NCBI GenBank assembly: GCA_028534125.1
Contig: CM052818.1
Span: 45,014,001 to 45,078,000 of the forward strand
Source of the DNA: Lama glama
Taxonomy: Eukaryota
Direction of reading: 5' to 3'
Length of the DNA: 64,000 bases
Each line of letters begins with the position of its first letter. Positions within the stretch are counted from its first letter, which is position 1. Positions 11,200-22,934 of the stretch are shown piece after piece. Made by a program: the position numbers and the translations under genes. Below the pieces are notes generated by a model. The model worked only from the letters and a program-made list of their open reading frames with translations, searched no databases and was not told the origin of the DNA.

Positions 11200-11680
11200 A
11201 GAAAGTGGCGGTAGATTGGACTCATTTCCTTGGTAATTGTGGAAGCGATGCTCTGGGAATGTGGAATTTATTATAGCGCTGCCTCACACACCTACAGATC
11301 TGAAAAACCATTACCGAAAAAAAATGCAAGCTTCTGCTCCTCTTAATTACACAGCCGAGAGGCTCTTCTGTGCCTGGACAGTTAAAAAAAAATACTGGTA
11401 GGGAAATGGTGAGCGAGGTGCTAGATGTGTTACTAAGGTGAATTATAATGATCCAGAGACGAGCGGGAGAGGTAATAAAGGAGAAATAAAACAAACGTGG
11501 CAGATCCATCAGCCTAATAGCTAATGTCTGTCCACTCAGCCCATTTCGGGGCCCATTGTGAAATACATACATTTCTATGGAGGAATTAGGCTGGAGCAAA
11601 AAAAAAGAAAGAAACAAAGAGGAACCTTCAGGCTTTGTCAACAGCAAAATGCCTCTCTGTTCACCCTGCATTTTAAGAGT
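11200..11680. promoter_or_regulatory. Repeat-free candidate conserved enhancer
   Basis: No repeat similarity seen; TAATTA at 11344, CATTGT at 11554, AACAAAG at 11613, GGAATG, several TAAT cores. Confidence 0.35.
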
Positions 11681-12047
11681 TGCCCAGATAGAGATGATTC
11701 AGTTTGATATTTGCACCTTTTTTCTTAAACACTGAGCGTTTTTTCTTACAAAAGTTCTGGATTTTAAGCAGGCTAAGTGAAACTGATGTTAACATTTTGC
11801 AACTTCATTAGCAAATTTTGAAAAGGGTCTTGAGGAAATGAATTGAAATTGATAAATTTAGTTCATAAGTTTAAACAATATGTTTTAGTTGGTAAAGTAG
11901 TTGATAAATTTAGACAATGTTTTTTGCCCAGGCATGATGCAATAGATCTTAGATACCTTGGGGGGAATTTTTAGGGATTAAAAGAAAATCTGACTTAGAC
12001 GTGAGCATAAGCACTTAGCAAACATGATTCAAGAACCCATGGATCAG

Positions 12048-12413
12048 GGTTATAGGCTGAATGTTTGATTCGTATGTTGATCTCTGAAGCCCCAGTGTGA
12101 TGGTTTTGGGAGGCAGGGCCTTTGGGAGGTGATGAGGTCATGAAGTTGGATCCCTCACGAATGGGATTAGTGCCCTTATAAAAGGGGCCCTAGAGAGCTC
12201 CCTTGCTGCTTCCACCTTATGAGGCTGCAGTAAAAAGAGGGCTGTCTGTGAAACAGGAAGTGGACTCTCACTAGGCCCTGAATCTGCTGGCATCCTGATC
12301 TCAGACTTCAGCCTCCGAAACTGTTAGAAATAAATGTCTGTTGTTTGTAATCCACCTGATGTATGGTATTATGTATGGTATTCTGGTTATCGCAGCCCTA
12401 ATGGACTAAGACA
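12048..12413 (+). mobile_element. MLT1A-type solo LTR
   Basis: gggcctttgggaggtgat...gggattagtgcccttataaaag...aaataaatgtctgttgttt...ggactaagaca. Confidence 0.9.
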
Positions 12414-14189
12414 GTTAATGCAAACGTCAGGACAGTGCAGAAAGAAACCCAAGACGCAGACAGCAAATCCGAGCTGAAGGGGGTTCGTGTGTGCAGGTGG
12501 GGAAAGCTGCTGCTTGCCACAGCTATTGCTGCCGGTTAAGTCATCTTTGGGTCAGGTGGAAAGCTGATGGAGCCAAACCCGCTGGTGCTCTTCCTATCCA
12601 CAGATCATGACGTCTTGAGAATCCCAGGGAACTGCTGGTGACTTATGCAGAAGCAATGCCATAAACACTGTCGTTTTATCTTGGGTGTTAATATGTTCTT
12701 CTGCAAAACTTAGGTCTGTCTTTTGAACGATGGACAGAGTCAGAGAAGCCCAGAGAGGACAATGGGAAATATTACAGTGACGTCAGTGGCTGGTGGCATT
12801 GGAGGACCCCAGTCTCCCAATTCCACACACTTGTATATAAGTGCTCCCACTCACCAGCAGTACAGCTTGGACAATTACTTTACAGATTTTCTGTTTCCTT
12901 ATCAATTAAAGTAAAAATAAAGTGTGCATTTCTTATTATTGCTGTAAGGCTTGAATGAGATGAGAAATGTGAATTAACTAGCGCCGTGCTTGGTAGATGC
13001 TTGATAAATACTCATCCCCCGTCTTGCTTAGCAAGTAATCCTAGTGCTTTAACAGCAGCTGCAAAAATTGGCTGAAAACTGACATTGAAAGGCCATTTAC
13101 GTCATCTTTGTTCATGGAGATAAAATAGTGATGGAGATGATAACCTCCTCCATTTTTCAGACAAGCTTTGCACAATTTATTGGGAAAAATTCACCTAAAT
13201 CTGGGGTGTGCTGAAGACAGCCTGCTTCTGAGGTGCTGAAATGCACGAAGCACCACCGGTGGCAGAAGTGCAGAGAAAGTGTGGCTCCTCCGGGGGTTTT
13301 ATCTCCCACCCGCCCGCATTAGAACAATGGACCTGATAGCGCCCCTTCTTTGTCCCTGAGTTCATTTTACTGGAAAACCACTGACCTCAAGTTTCATATC
13401 GTGGGTGTGGGTTTAATCTTCCTCATAGGACCAACATCCAAGTAGTATGAAGTCTACTGTGCTTTCTCATCACAGAGCTGGGGTGACCCTGCGCCCCTGC
13501 CTGTAATTCCAGACTTGTGTGCAGCGGCGAGGGCCGGGCTTGTCTCTTCTCCCCTCCCCGAGGCGCGTCCCCAGCTACAACTGTCCACAGCAGTGCCATT
13601 TCAGTGACTGCATGCTTGGAGTTCAGCACCCAAGAAACTCTTCAGGTAAGTTTCCAGAACTTACTGTCTTAATGGAAACTGCAAGTCTGTGTCCCAGTGT
13701 AAATGGAGAAGAGGAGGCTGCAGGGCCAGGCCAAGGGAGGGGCCAGGAGAGCAGGTCCCAGGTTTTCAGGAGGTTGAGCCTGACTCCTCACTTAGAAAAA
13801 CCCTGGTCCTTTTCAGGCCCTGTCTGCCGGCAGGGTCCCTGGGGACAGGGTGGTGGGTCAGCCAAACCTCTGACTGCTCGGTGGAGCAGTGCTGCTGGAG
13901 GGAGTGGCGGCTGACAGGGATGTGAATTTTGGAATCCAGGAGGGTGCGAAGCTAAGAGAACAGGTGTTGAGTGTTGAGTGTGGACGGTGGAGGCCTCTGG
14001 GCCAGGAAGTTGATGGATGTAGCAGAAACTCCTACTTACCCACCTTGAAAACTCTCTCCCTTTCTTTCAAAACACCTGAAGGCTTATTTTAAGGGGTGAG
14101 GTGGACAGGGCAGCACTGTGTCCAGCTGAGGAAGGGTGCTGGCCGGGCTCATTTGCAGATGGCGTGGCCCTGTTACTGAGTTAGGGCAG

Positions 14190-14510
14190 TGTCTAGGTGG
14201 TATGTAGGTGAGACTTTTTGGGGTGGGACTTCAGGTAAATTGCAGACACCATTTGTTATCCATTTCTGCCTTTTCCCACCCACAATGCAGACCTTTTCCC
14301 ACCCACAATGCAGACCAGATGCTTGAATCGCAGCTGCCGCCTTGCCTGGGACTCCTTGAGGATAGTTGCGGGGTGATAAGCACAGAGGAGGGAGGCGCGT
14401 AGGTGAGGGGCACTCACTGTACAGACTCGGGCTGCCCGCCACTGGACTTTTTATGAGAGAAAAAGCAAATATTTTGCTTGAGTTGCTGTTATTTGGGTTT
14501 TTCTGAGAGT
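14190..14510 (+). mobile_element. Old MLT1 (J/K-like) LTR fragment
   Basis: ctggactttttatgagagaaaaagcaaat...gctgttatttgggttttt is an MLT1 3' pattern. Confidence 0.5.
14269..14316 (+). repeat. Perfect 23-bp tandem duplication
   Basis: ccttttcccacccacaatgcaga twice (14269-14291, 14292-14314) plus cc. Confidence 0.95.
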
Positions 14511-14779
14511 GGAGAGAACCAGTGATCCGCGAACTCTGTCTCTTGGGTTCTCAAATCCCAGGGGGCCAAGTGGGAAGGCGGGAGGGTAGCCGGCTCTGAC
14601 ACCAGAGTTGGGATGTTAGCACACCCTGCGTGGCAGGTATGGGCGGGGCCTCGGTAAGGATGGAGTAGAAGTGGACATTGCTTCCAGCGTGGGGCAGCTG
14701 CTTTCCAAGCAGCCAGGACGTCTGTTCGTCTTTCCAAACTGATACGTGATTTTGTGAAGACAACCCTCCCTTGGCCATG

Positions 14780-15197
14780 TGGCCCTCTGCGCCGGTTACT
14801 CTGCTGCCATCGCCTTACAGCAGTGGGTTAGGAGTGGGCCCATCATGAACTTCCTCCAGTAAGAGTGGGAGAGGCTGTCTCCCACGTACCCCCGTGGAAG
14901 TCTTCCTCGTCCAAAGAAACGTATAGAAAGATATGCTTTTCTTGCCCTGTCCCACTGGACATGATGACACCTCCCTGAGGTCCCAGAACTGCATCAGCCA
15001 CCTTGTCGCCTGGAAGGGAGCCAAGCCAATGTTGTGAGCCTCACAGAGCAGAGCAGGAAGACCAGGAGAACGCGGCTTCACGAACCCCAGAGCTGCCCGG
15101 CTTTGTACAGATTATTTTATTGGGTAATAAATCTCTTTTCCTGATGAAGGCAGTGGAGTCAGGATTTTCTATTACTTATAGTCAAAAACTCCCTGAT
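14780..15197 (+). mobile_element. Old MLT1 (K-like) LTR
   Basis: taataaatctcttttcctgatgaaggcagtggagtcaggattttctattacttatagtcaaaa matches the MLT1K-type 3' end. Confidence 0.55.
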
Positions 15198-15203
15198 GGT
15201 TGG

Positions 15204-15780
15204 TTTTTTTCAATTGAAGTATAGTTGATTTACAATATTGTATTAGTTTCAGGTGTATAAATAGTGATTCAATATTTTTATAGATTAGACTCCATGTAAA
15301 GTTATTACAAAACAGTGGCTATATTTTGCTGTGCTGTGTAATATATCCTTGTTGCTTGTCTATTTTATACATAGTGGTTTATATCTCTCAATCCCCTACC
15401 TCTATATTGCCCCTCCCCTTCCCTCTCCCCACTGGTAACCACTAGTTTGTTCTCAATATCTGTGGGTCTGATTCTATTTTGCTATATACATTCATTTGTT
15501 TTATTTTTTAGATTCCACGTATAACTAACAACATGGAGTATTTGTCCTCCTCTGTCTGACTTACTTCACTGAGCATGATACTTTCTGGGTCGAGACACAT
15601 AGTTGCAAATGGCAGAATTTCGTTCTTTTTATGGCTGAGTAATATTCCATCGTATATATTTACCACATCTTCTTTATCGTCTGTTGACGGGCACTTAGGT
15701 TCCTTCTGTCCTTGGCTGTTGTAAATAATGCTGCGATGAACCCTGGGGTGCCCCTCCCTATGTGTGTTTTGAATGAGGGT
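15204..15780 (-). mobile_element. Cetartiodactyl-type L1 3' end, 5'-truncated
   Basis: ttgaagtatagttgatttacaatattgtattagtttcaggtgta; minus ORF 15508-15798 contains KKNEILPFATMCLDPESIMLSEVSQTEEDKY (L1 ORF2 C-terminus). Confidence 0.92.
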
Positions 15781-15814
15781 GATGATAATGACTGTCATAG
15801 ACAGGTAGATGAAA

Positions 15815-16660
15815 CTACATCAAAGATTTTCTTTAATTCATTTATTAATGAGGAAACCAGTAAGACGTTACAACAGTTCAGAGGAAAACTCAAAGAGACA
15901 AACATACACAGAGCGAATGCTGAAAAAGTATTGATAGATACAAACTTGTCTTTTTCCAGCCAAGGGAGGAAGGAAATCCGTTTCTCTACCTAGAGTTAAT
16001 TTACGTGTGTCTGGACAAGGACCATTTGCATTGCTAGTGTTAACTACAATTCACAAACCTGTGAAGCAGCTCAGATGAAATGAAAGGTGTAAGCCCCACA
16101 AAATGAGAAAATCCAAGATGACGCAGTGCTCACCCTTCCCTTGAAGACACGCAGTAGTCATTTTGGTCTGTTTCAAAGTTCTCCACATAGGAGTCATATC
16201 TGTCAAATCTGAAAGACGTATTACCCTTGTTCCCCAACCCTTTTTCTTAGTCTGAATGCCGTGATGATTTGGGTTACTTCTCAGGCTGTTTTACGATTTG
16301 TCTTTTTATGGCTCCTTGCCTCCAAGAAAGCAGGACTACCATCAGTTCCTCTTTTAAGCTCGGTGGCCCGGCAGGGTCTGAGTTTTACAAGCAAGGGCTG
16401 TAAATAAGTCGTGATGGACAGTCTTCCTTTGCTTCTTGATGGAGATGTTTTGGGATTACAGATGGATTTCTACGTGGCTTCTGTATTCTGTCCTGGATTC
16501 ATTTTTGGTAATGGACCAATCATTTCCATTTTAATATTTTCAAGTAATTACCCAGGCCAGTGATTTCCAAATTCTTGCTTGACACAATACTGAATCATAG
16601 ATTTAGTTTGGCAAGAACTTTCAACCTTATGTCCACACTGCCTCTAATAAAAGCTATGAA
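15815..16660 (-). mobile_element. Ancient LINE 3' portion, probably RTE-X/L4 type
   Basis: Minus strand ends cattaataaatgaattaaagaaaa; frameshifted peptides YLKILKWK, KED/VHHDLF, LQPLLVKL and EELMVVLLS resemble an RTE-X ORF C-terminus. Confidence 0.45.
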
Positions 16661-17289
16661 TTACATCTATGTTTAAAGTGGCTTAAAATCGGTTTTGCAG
16701 TCTTAGCCTCTTTGCAGACATTCCTCATGGTACTGGAGGCCCCTTCACAGACCCTCCAGGTGAAGGGCCGGCTCTGCTAAGAGAGGCAGCTGTGCAGAGT
16801 AAAGGGAAAAGTAAAGAACTGGGTTCAAGCCTCAACTATGTGCCTCTGGACAGGTGCTTGGACAAAGGAGGTGCTAGGATGGTGTTGTGCAGGAGTTTTC
16901 CTGTTCTCCTGTCCAGGTGCTCAGAGAGTTGACTGCAGATTCCCCTCTCTCTGTATAAAGAGCGCACAGAGCAGAGGTTCCCTGACAGAACTTACTACTT
17001 GCTGACTGCGCTCTCCTCCGGAGATGCTCTGGGTGAGGATTGCCATGTGTCTGCAAACAGGAGGCAGGGAAACAATTCTGTTTTCTGAAAGGTGGCTCTG
17101 TGTCTTTATGATAAAGGACCGACAATTTGATGTCAGTATCACCTGGTACGTGTACTTGTGTTTGGAGGTGACGGCTGATGCATCACAGACACGCGGTTTC
17201 ATCTGATTTCGAGGAAGAAGTGAGGGGTGAGGTGGCCCTGCTGCCCCCGTGCTGGAGCTCTGCTCGCATACTTTGGTTTGTTGGCTGTT

Positions 17290-17590
17290 TTCAGTATGTA
17301 TTGCCTAATGAAATGAGAAATCACATCAGATGCAACTGTCTTGTCAACAAGGAAGCAAAGTAATTAAGCGTTAAAATTTTATTGCTTGAATCCCCCAGTC
17401 TACACTTGCTTCATGCAAATTGAGCATCTATAAAAGATCCCAGAGCCATCTTAGTAAATGACCTGTCACACCCTGCAGGAAGGGAACTCTGCGGTCACCA
17501 AGATTTTCTGGACCTCTAATGTCAAAAGTGACAAATGAGCCATGCTTTCTTCCTTAATGATAATCAGTCATCACCCGCTGGTGGCAAAGG
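17290..17590 (+). promoter_or_regulatory. Unique element with octamer + TATA box
   Basis: ATGCAAAT at 17413-17420, TATAAAAG at 17429-17436, TAATTA at 17361, TTTTATTG at 17377, CTGTCA at 17463. Confidence 0.35.
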
Positions 17591-17864
17591 ACCTGGCTGG
17601 GACTGCTCATTTGCTTGATCTGCTGAAGAAGATGACTCGTCAGGGTGGCTGTAAGCACCTGTGGTGCAGGGGCATCTGGGGGCCAGGTTTGGGAAACGGC
17701 AAAACCCAGGGTCTGCTCCAGGTCTCCTCCAGACCCTGCCCTGGCCCAGGTGTCTGCACCCCACTGTGTGACAGGCCTGACTTGACCTTCCTTCTCCAGC
17801 ACCCCTCCTCCACCTCCTCACATCTGATGTCAAGACCAAGCCCATTCCTGGCCCATTAGGTCAG

Positions 17865-18210
17865 TTTTTGTTTTTGTTTTTTAATTGTGGTAAAATACAC
17901 GTAACATGATATTTATCAATGTAACCATTTGTCAAGTACATAATTTATGGGCATTGAATATATTCACAATGTTGTGCCAAGCATCATTACCTCTCCCCAA
18001 AACGTAATCACCCCAACATCAACTCTGTACCCAGTAAACAGTAGCTCTCCCTTCCTTCCCCTCCCTCCCAGCCTCTGACAGCCACGCTTTTGCTCTCTGT
18101 CTCTGATTTGACTGCTTTGTGTAACTCCTATACATGGAATCGTACCAGATTTGTCTTTTTGTGACCGACTTATTTCACTTAGTGTAATGTCCTCAAGGTT
18201 CATCCCTGTT
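17865..18210 (-). mobile_element. L1MB 3' end
   Basis: ttaattgtggtaaaatacacgtaacat...; minus ORF contains GMNLEDITLSEISRSQKDK. Confidence 0.88.
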
Positions 18211-18661
18211 GTTCTGTGGGGGAGTGGCCCCTGTGGCATCTTCCAGTACAGCCGGGCATGCCAGCTCTCGCCAGGCAGGGCGGCATCTCTGCAAGCCCAG
18301 AGGGCCCAAAAGGGGGCGCTGTGGAGGCATCCTGAGGGGAGCCGTCCTTGTTTAGGGTTCCAGCATCTCCACACTAGAGCCCCGACCTTCGTGTAGCAGA
18401 CCTGGCTTGGTGACTGTTCAAACGTCCCTGGAGCCCAGAAGCTGTGCAGCCTGTCCTGCATCTGTGTGACCTACCAGGGAGGCCCCTGCGCTCACACTGG
18501 CATGACTGCTGTTAGCTCCCCTCAAGGAGTCATTGCCCCAAGTCACCGCTGGTGAACCTAACCCTGTCCCTCCTTCAACCTGGTGGACATCCTCTTCATC
18601 CTCTGAGCGGTGGATGAGCCAGTCCCAAATCCTTGTCTGACTTGGACCATCCCTGGTACTG

Positions 18662-19010
18662 CGTATGTTAGTTTGGGAACTACAAGGAGCAGCCACCAGC
18701 TAAAGATTGAAGACTGAAGGAGTTTATCAGGGGAAATTCCTATGAGAGAGAGAGTGGGGTGGAGTGTGGAGGTAGGGTGAGTGCGCAGGAAGCTCAGAGG
18801 GGAGCAGGGAGGGGCTGGTGAAGTGGCTTCCAGTGCCATGTGGTCTTAAGGGAAGTTGGGGGGCCCACTGGGGAGTCTTCAAGACACAGTGACCTGTCAG
18901 AGGAGACCCATCCCCCAGGCACAGCCCTGCCTGCATGTCCCTGCCATGCTCAGCCTCACTGGGAGAGGCAGGGGGAACCGTGGCTCCAGTGCAGACAAAT
19001 TGGTGGATTT
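18662..19010 (-). mobile_element. LTR33-like ERVL LTR
   Basis: gagtttatcaggggaaattcctatgagag...tggggagtcttcaagacacagtgacctgtcagaggag...ccctgccatgctcagcc. Confidence 0.6.
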
Positions 19011-19019
19011 GAGGGCACA

Positions 19020-19290
19020 TCAATTCTGCATATAAATTTGAGAACCTGGATGAAATTAGCATCAGTCTATGAAAAATACAAATCACTGAAAATAACTTCA
19101 GCAAAGCCAGAGAATCTAAAATAGATCTATTAACGTGGAATGAAAAGAAAAAAATGCCAGAGAGCTGCCCACCACACTCCACAGCAAGTAATACAAGATC
19201 CAGATGGTTTCATAGGCCAATGCTACCAGAACTTTAAAAAACGACAAAATTCAAATGCTGTTTAAACTGCTCCAAAACATAGGAAAATAA
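19020..19290 (+). mobile_element. L1M ORF2 fragment
   Basis: aaatttgagaacctggatgaaat (KFENLDE), ccagatggtttcataggccaatgctaccag (PDGF.G..YQ), atgctgtttaaactgctccaaaacata (MLFKLLQNI). Confidence 0.75.
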
Positions 19291-19379
19291 AAATCTACAT
19301 TGAGAATGGTTCCTATGACTTGTTTTTAATTTAGTTTTTTATTGAAGTGTAGTTGATTTACAACGTTAGTTTCAGTGAT

Positions 19380-21915
19380 ACGACTCTTAATCTAAGAATC
19401 TTAGGGCTCTATTCATCTGTAGTTTCACCCTCCCCTCCCTCTTTGTTATTGTTGAAAAAAAGCAGGGAGTTTGTCCTGTCCAATTTCCCAAGGTATGGAC
19501 TTTGCTGATTACACCTCCGTGGTGCCATTTGACATGTTCCTCTGTCCATTGTACTTCTTGTAAATTGGTAGTTAGATCTAAAGACTTACTCCAAATCAGA
19601 CTTGATCTGGGGGGAAAGCCTACTGCAAAGGCGAGTTATGCATTTCCATCCGGAGGCACAGAGTATCTGGTTGTCTCTTTTTATGATGTTAACAGCCTTC
19701 AACGATTATTGCCTAGATCTATTAATTCATTAGAGGTTGCTAAATGGTAACATTCTAATTCTACCGTTTCATCTTCAGCCGGCATCCAACAATAAAAAGA
19801 AAATTTCCCCTCATCAAATGTTTTGCCATCCCTAGATACAGTTCACATGGGAAAACTGGGATAAATGCTTGCTTCTTTCTCTTAATTTGCCAGTTTTCCA
19901 ACTAAAGTTGGCTTCTAAGTATTTCCTAGTATTCAGTAAAGATTTTTTTGCTTTGTTTTTTGGATCATTATGAACTTACTCATTTAAACACATTTAACGT
20001 GTTTCGATCCTTTGCAATGATTAATCTCCTTGATGCTGAAATTATTCAATCTTTGGCCATGGGCTTCTCTTCCAGTTTACCCTGAAAATTCACTTGCCAT
20101 GACTCTCGTAACCTCTGATAACCTCCTTGTCTTCTGGGATGACCGGATCTTCCAGAACCTCCTTCACACTTCCTCCCCCAGACCTGGAACGTTGGTTTCT
20201 CCAAGGAGGCCTGGCTCCTTTCAGTAAGAATCGGTGTCTATGGCCACAGCTGGGTGCTAGGGGGCCTTACTGCGTCCGGATCAGTCACTGTTCTCAGGCT
20301 TGTTCGGCGGCCGGCACCAGCAAGCCCCAGCCCTGCCCAGTTTATGTTGAGCTTGCTGATTTCACACTACGCTTCCTTCTCCAACTCCAAAAATCCCCAT
20401 CTCACTGACTCCAACCTAATCGCTTATTTTCTTTATCCCACAAAGCATGCACAATAGTTTCAGAATAATGCTACTAAAACTATGACCAAAAATATGAATA
20501 GCAAAATACAGCCTAAGCCTTTTTGGGGGGGGAGGGGGCAGTTTTTAAATTCTGAGGGTATATCCCACTAGGTAGGTAAAATCAAATCACAGGGCTTTAA
20601 AGTCACTTGGAATAGTGTCCTTATGGGGAAAGGCCACACCCCTGAGATGTAGTAAGATTCATTTGTTTCATTTTGCTTTTGATTTTAAGGGATGGTTTTT
20701 TAAAATTTAATGTTGTTTTAAAATATATAAAGGATTCATATCAAATCTATAAAACAGGTATATTCAAGGAAGTCTAACTTCAAAACCTGTTCTCTCTACA
20801 CTATTTCTTCTCTCCAGCAAATAATGATTTTAACATTTTATTGTTTACCCTTTCATTTAAAAATATAAACGCAAAAACACACATTTCCCCTCTTTCTTGG
20901 ATAAATGGTAGCATAAATGTTTTTCTCCACATTGCTTCTTACTAAGTTAACATATTCTGGAGGTCACCCTTAAGTAGTACATAGAGATTTTCCGATTTTG
21001 TTTTACAGCTTTACAGTATTTGCCATATTGCGATTTATACTATGAAATACATATTTGCTCTTGGTCTCCTCTCTGACACAAAGCTCCTAAAGCTATTAGA
21101 ATTTCCAGTGATGAGAGTCATAAAGGTATCTTTTGTTACATTAATGAGGTGATTTTGAGGAAAGCACCCAAGGATGTTCCCTGGAGGAGCCGACCACGAG
21201 ACTTGAGGGTTGGAACTCTCTGCCCCACCCCCCTGACCTCTGGGGGAGGGGACAGGGGCTGGAGGTTCAATCAATTGCCAGCAGCTAACGATTTAACCAA
21301 TCCTGCCTGTGTAATGAAGCCTCCTAAAAACCCCAAAGAGCGGTTTGGAGAACTTCTGGGCTGGTGAATACCTGGAGGGGTGAGAGAACGGTGCACCTGG
21401 AGAAGGGGTGGAGGCTCCACGCCCTTTCCCGTATCCTGCCCTGTGCATCTCTTCCATCTGACTCTTCCTGAGTTAAATCCTTTTATAATAAATGGGTGAC
21501 TCTAGGTAAAATGCTTCTCTGAGTTCTATGAGCTGGTCTAGCAAATTAATCGAACCTGATATGGGCGTTGTTGGAAACTTCGATCTATAGCTAGTTAGTC
21601 AGAAGGACAGATGACCAACCTGAACTTGTGACTGGCATCTGAAGTGAGAAGTGGGTAGTCTTGTAGGGCTGCCATTAACCTGGAGGGATCTGATGCTAAC
21701 TCTGAGTAGGTAATGCCGGATTTGAGTTGAATTGTAGGACACAAAGCTGGTATCACAACTGCCATCAATTCTATGTAACTGCCTCCTCCCCTGCAACACA
21801 CACACACACACTGGAATTGGGCACAGAATTCTTAGTATTCCATTGTATATCTGCCATAATTTAACAACCAATTCCATATTTATCAACATCTGAATTGTTT
21901 CTAGATTTTGCTATG
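19380..21915 (-). mobile_element. L1MC4-like 3' region, interrupted by an LTR at 21021-21834
   Basis: tttgctgattacacctccgtggtgccatttgacatgttcctctgtcc...gtaaattggtagttagatcta is L1MC4-type; removing the LTR restores acagtattccattgtat. Confidence 0.75.
21021..21834 (+). mobile_element. MER21-family solo LTR with GTATT target-site duplication
   Basis: Starts tgccatattgcgatttatactatgaaatacatatttg (MER21-type start); AATAAA near 21487; gtatt at 21016-21020 and 21835-21839. Confidence 0.85.
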
Positions 21916-21926
21916 GCAGGTAGCTT

Positions 21927-22730
21927 TGCCAGGGTCAGAGTCTGCACCCAATTCCAGTATGTCGGGGGGCCTCCCACGCCACCAAGCAATTCTCTGACAC
22001 CAGCTGGTGTCCTACAGTTCAACTCAATTCTGGCACTACCTACCTGGAGACAGCATTCCATCCCACAAGTTAGGGGCTCGGTCCCAGAGACTGCTCCCCC
22101 ACAGCACACACAAGCTTCAAAAGCCGGGTGCAAGTCCAGGTTATCACCTGTGCTTCGAAATGGCCATAGAATGGAGATTCCAACGACCCGCTCCTAGGGC
22201 TGGAGTAATTTGCTAGACCAGTTCACGGAACTCAGAGAAACATTTCACTTACCAGATTACCAGTTTATTATAAAAGGACATGACTCAGGAGCAGCCAGAT
22301 GGAAGAGAAGCACAGGACAAGGCACGAGGAAAGGGCACAGACGCATTCTCCCCGCATCTCCCCTTGTTCACCACCCCGGAAGCTCTCTGACCCCAATCCT
22401 TAGGGATTTTTAAGGAGGCCTCGTTGAAAAGGCAGGATAGATTAAATCATTGGCCACTGGTGACTGATTCAACCTTCAGCCCCTTTTCCCTCCCCGGGGG
22501 TGGGGGTGGGAGGAGGTGTAGGACTGAAAGTTCAGACCTTCAAATCACAGGTTGGTTCTCTTGGCAACCAGCCCCCATCCTTAGGTGTTTTCCAAAAGTG
22601 GCCTCATTAACATAACAAAAGACGCCTTTGTTGCTCTCATCACCTACGAAATTCCAAGGGTGTTAGGAGCTCTGCCAGAACTGATGGGGACCAAATACAT
22701 TGTTCTTATTATAAATCACAGAATAACACA
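21927..22730 (-). mobile_element. MER21-family solo LTR, inverted relative to its neighbour
   Basis: aatttgctagaccagttcacggaactcagagaaacattt and the terminal accaaatacattgttcttattataaatcacagaataaca are antisense MER21. Confidence 0.85.
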
Positions 22731-22934
22731 CAGGATCCATCTTAGCCTTTGTGCCAGTTACACTGTCCTCAGGACAGCCCCTGGCGGTCAACTGAGCAAG
22801 GCTCGCATAAGGGCCTGGCCATTTCTGCCCAAAACAGGGCAACTCTAACTCCAGATCTGAGGGTCTTCCCCGTCCCATCCTGCCTCCTCTGCTTTCAGCT
22901 TTTTGCTCTTGACTCCAACTTGGTATCTGCTTCC

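Noticed and set aside
18731..18740. Perfect NF-kB site GGGAAATTCC
   Set aside because: Isolated and inside a decayed LTR33-like element; no supporting cluster
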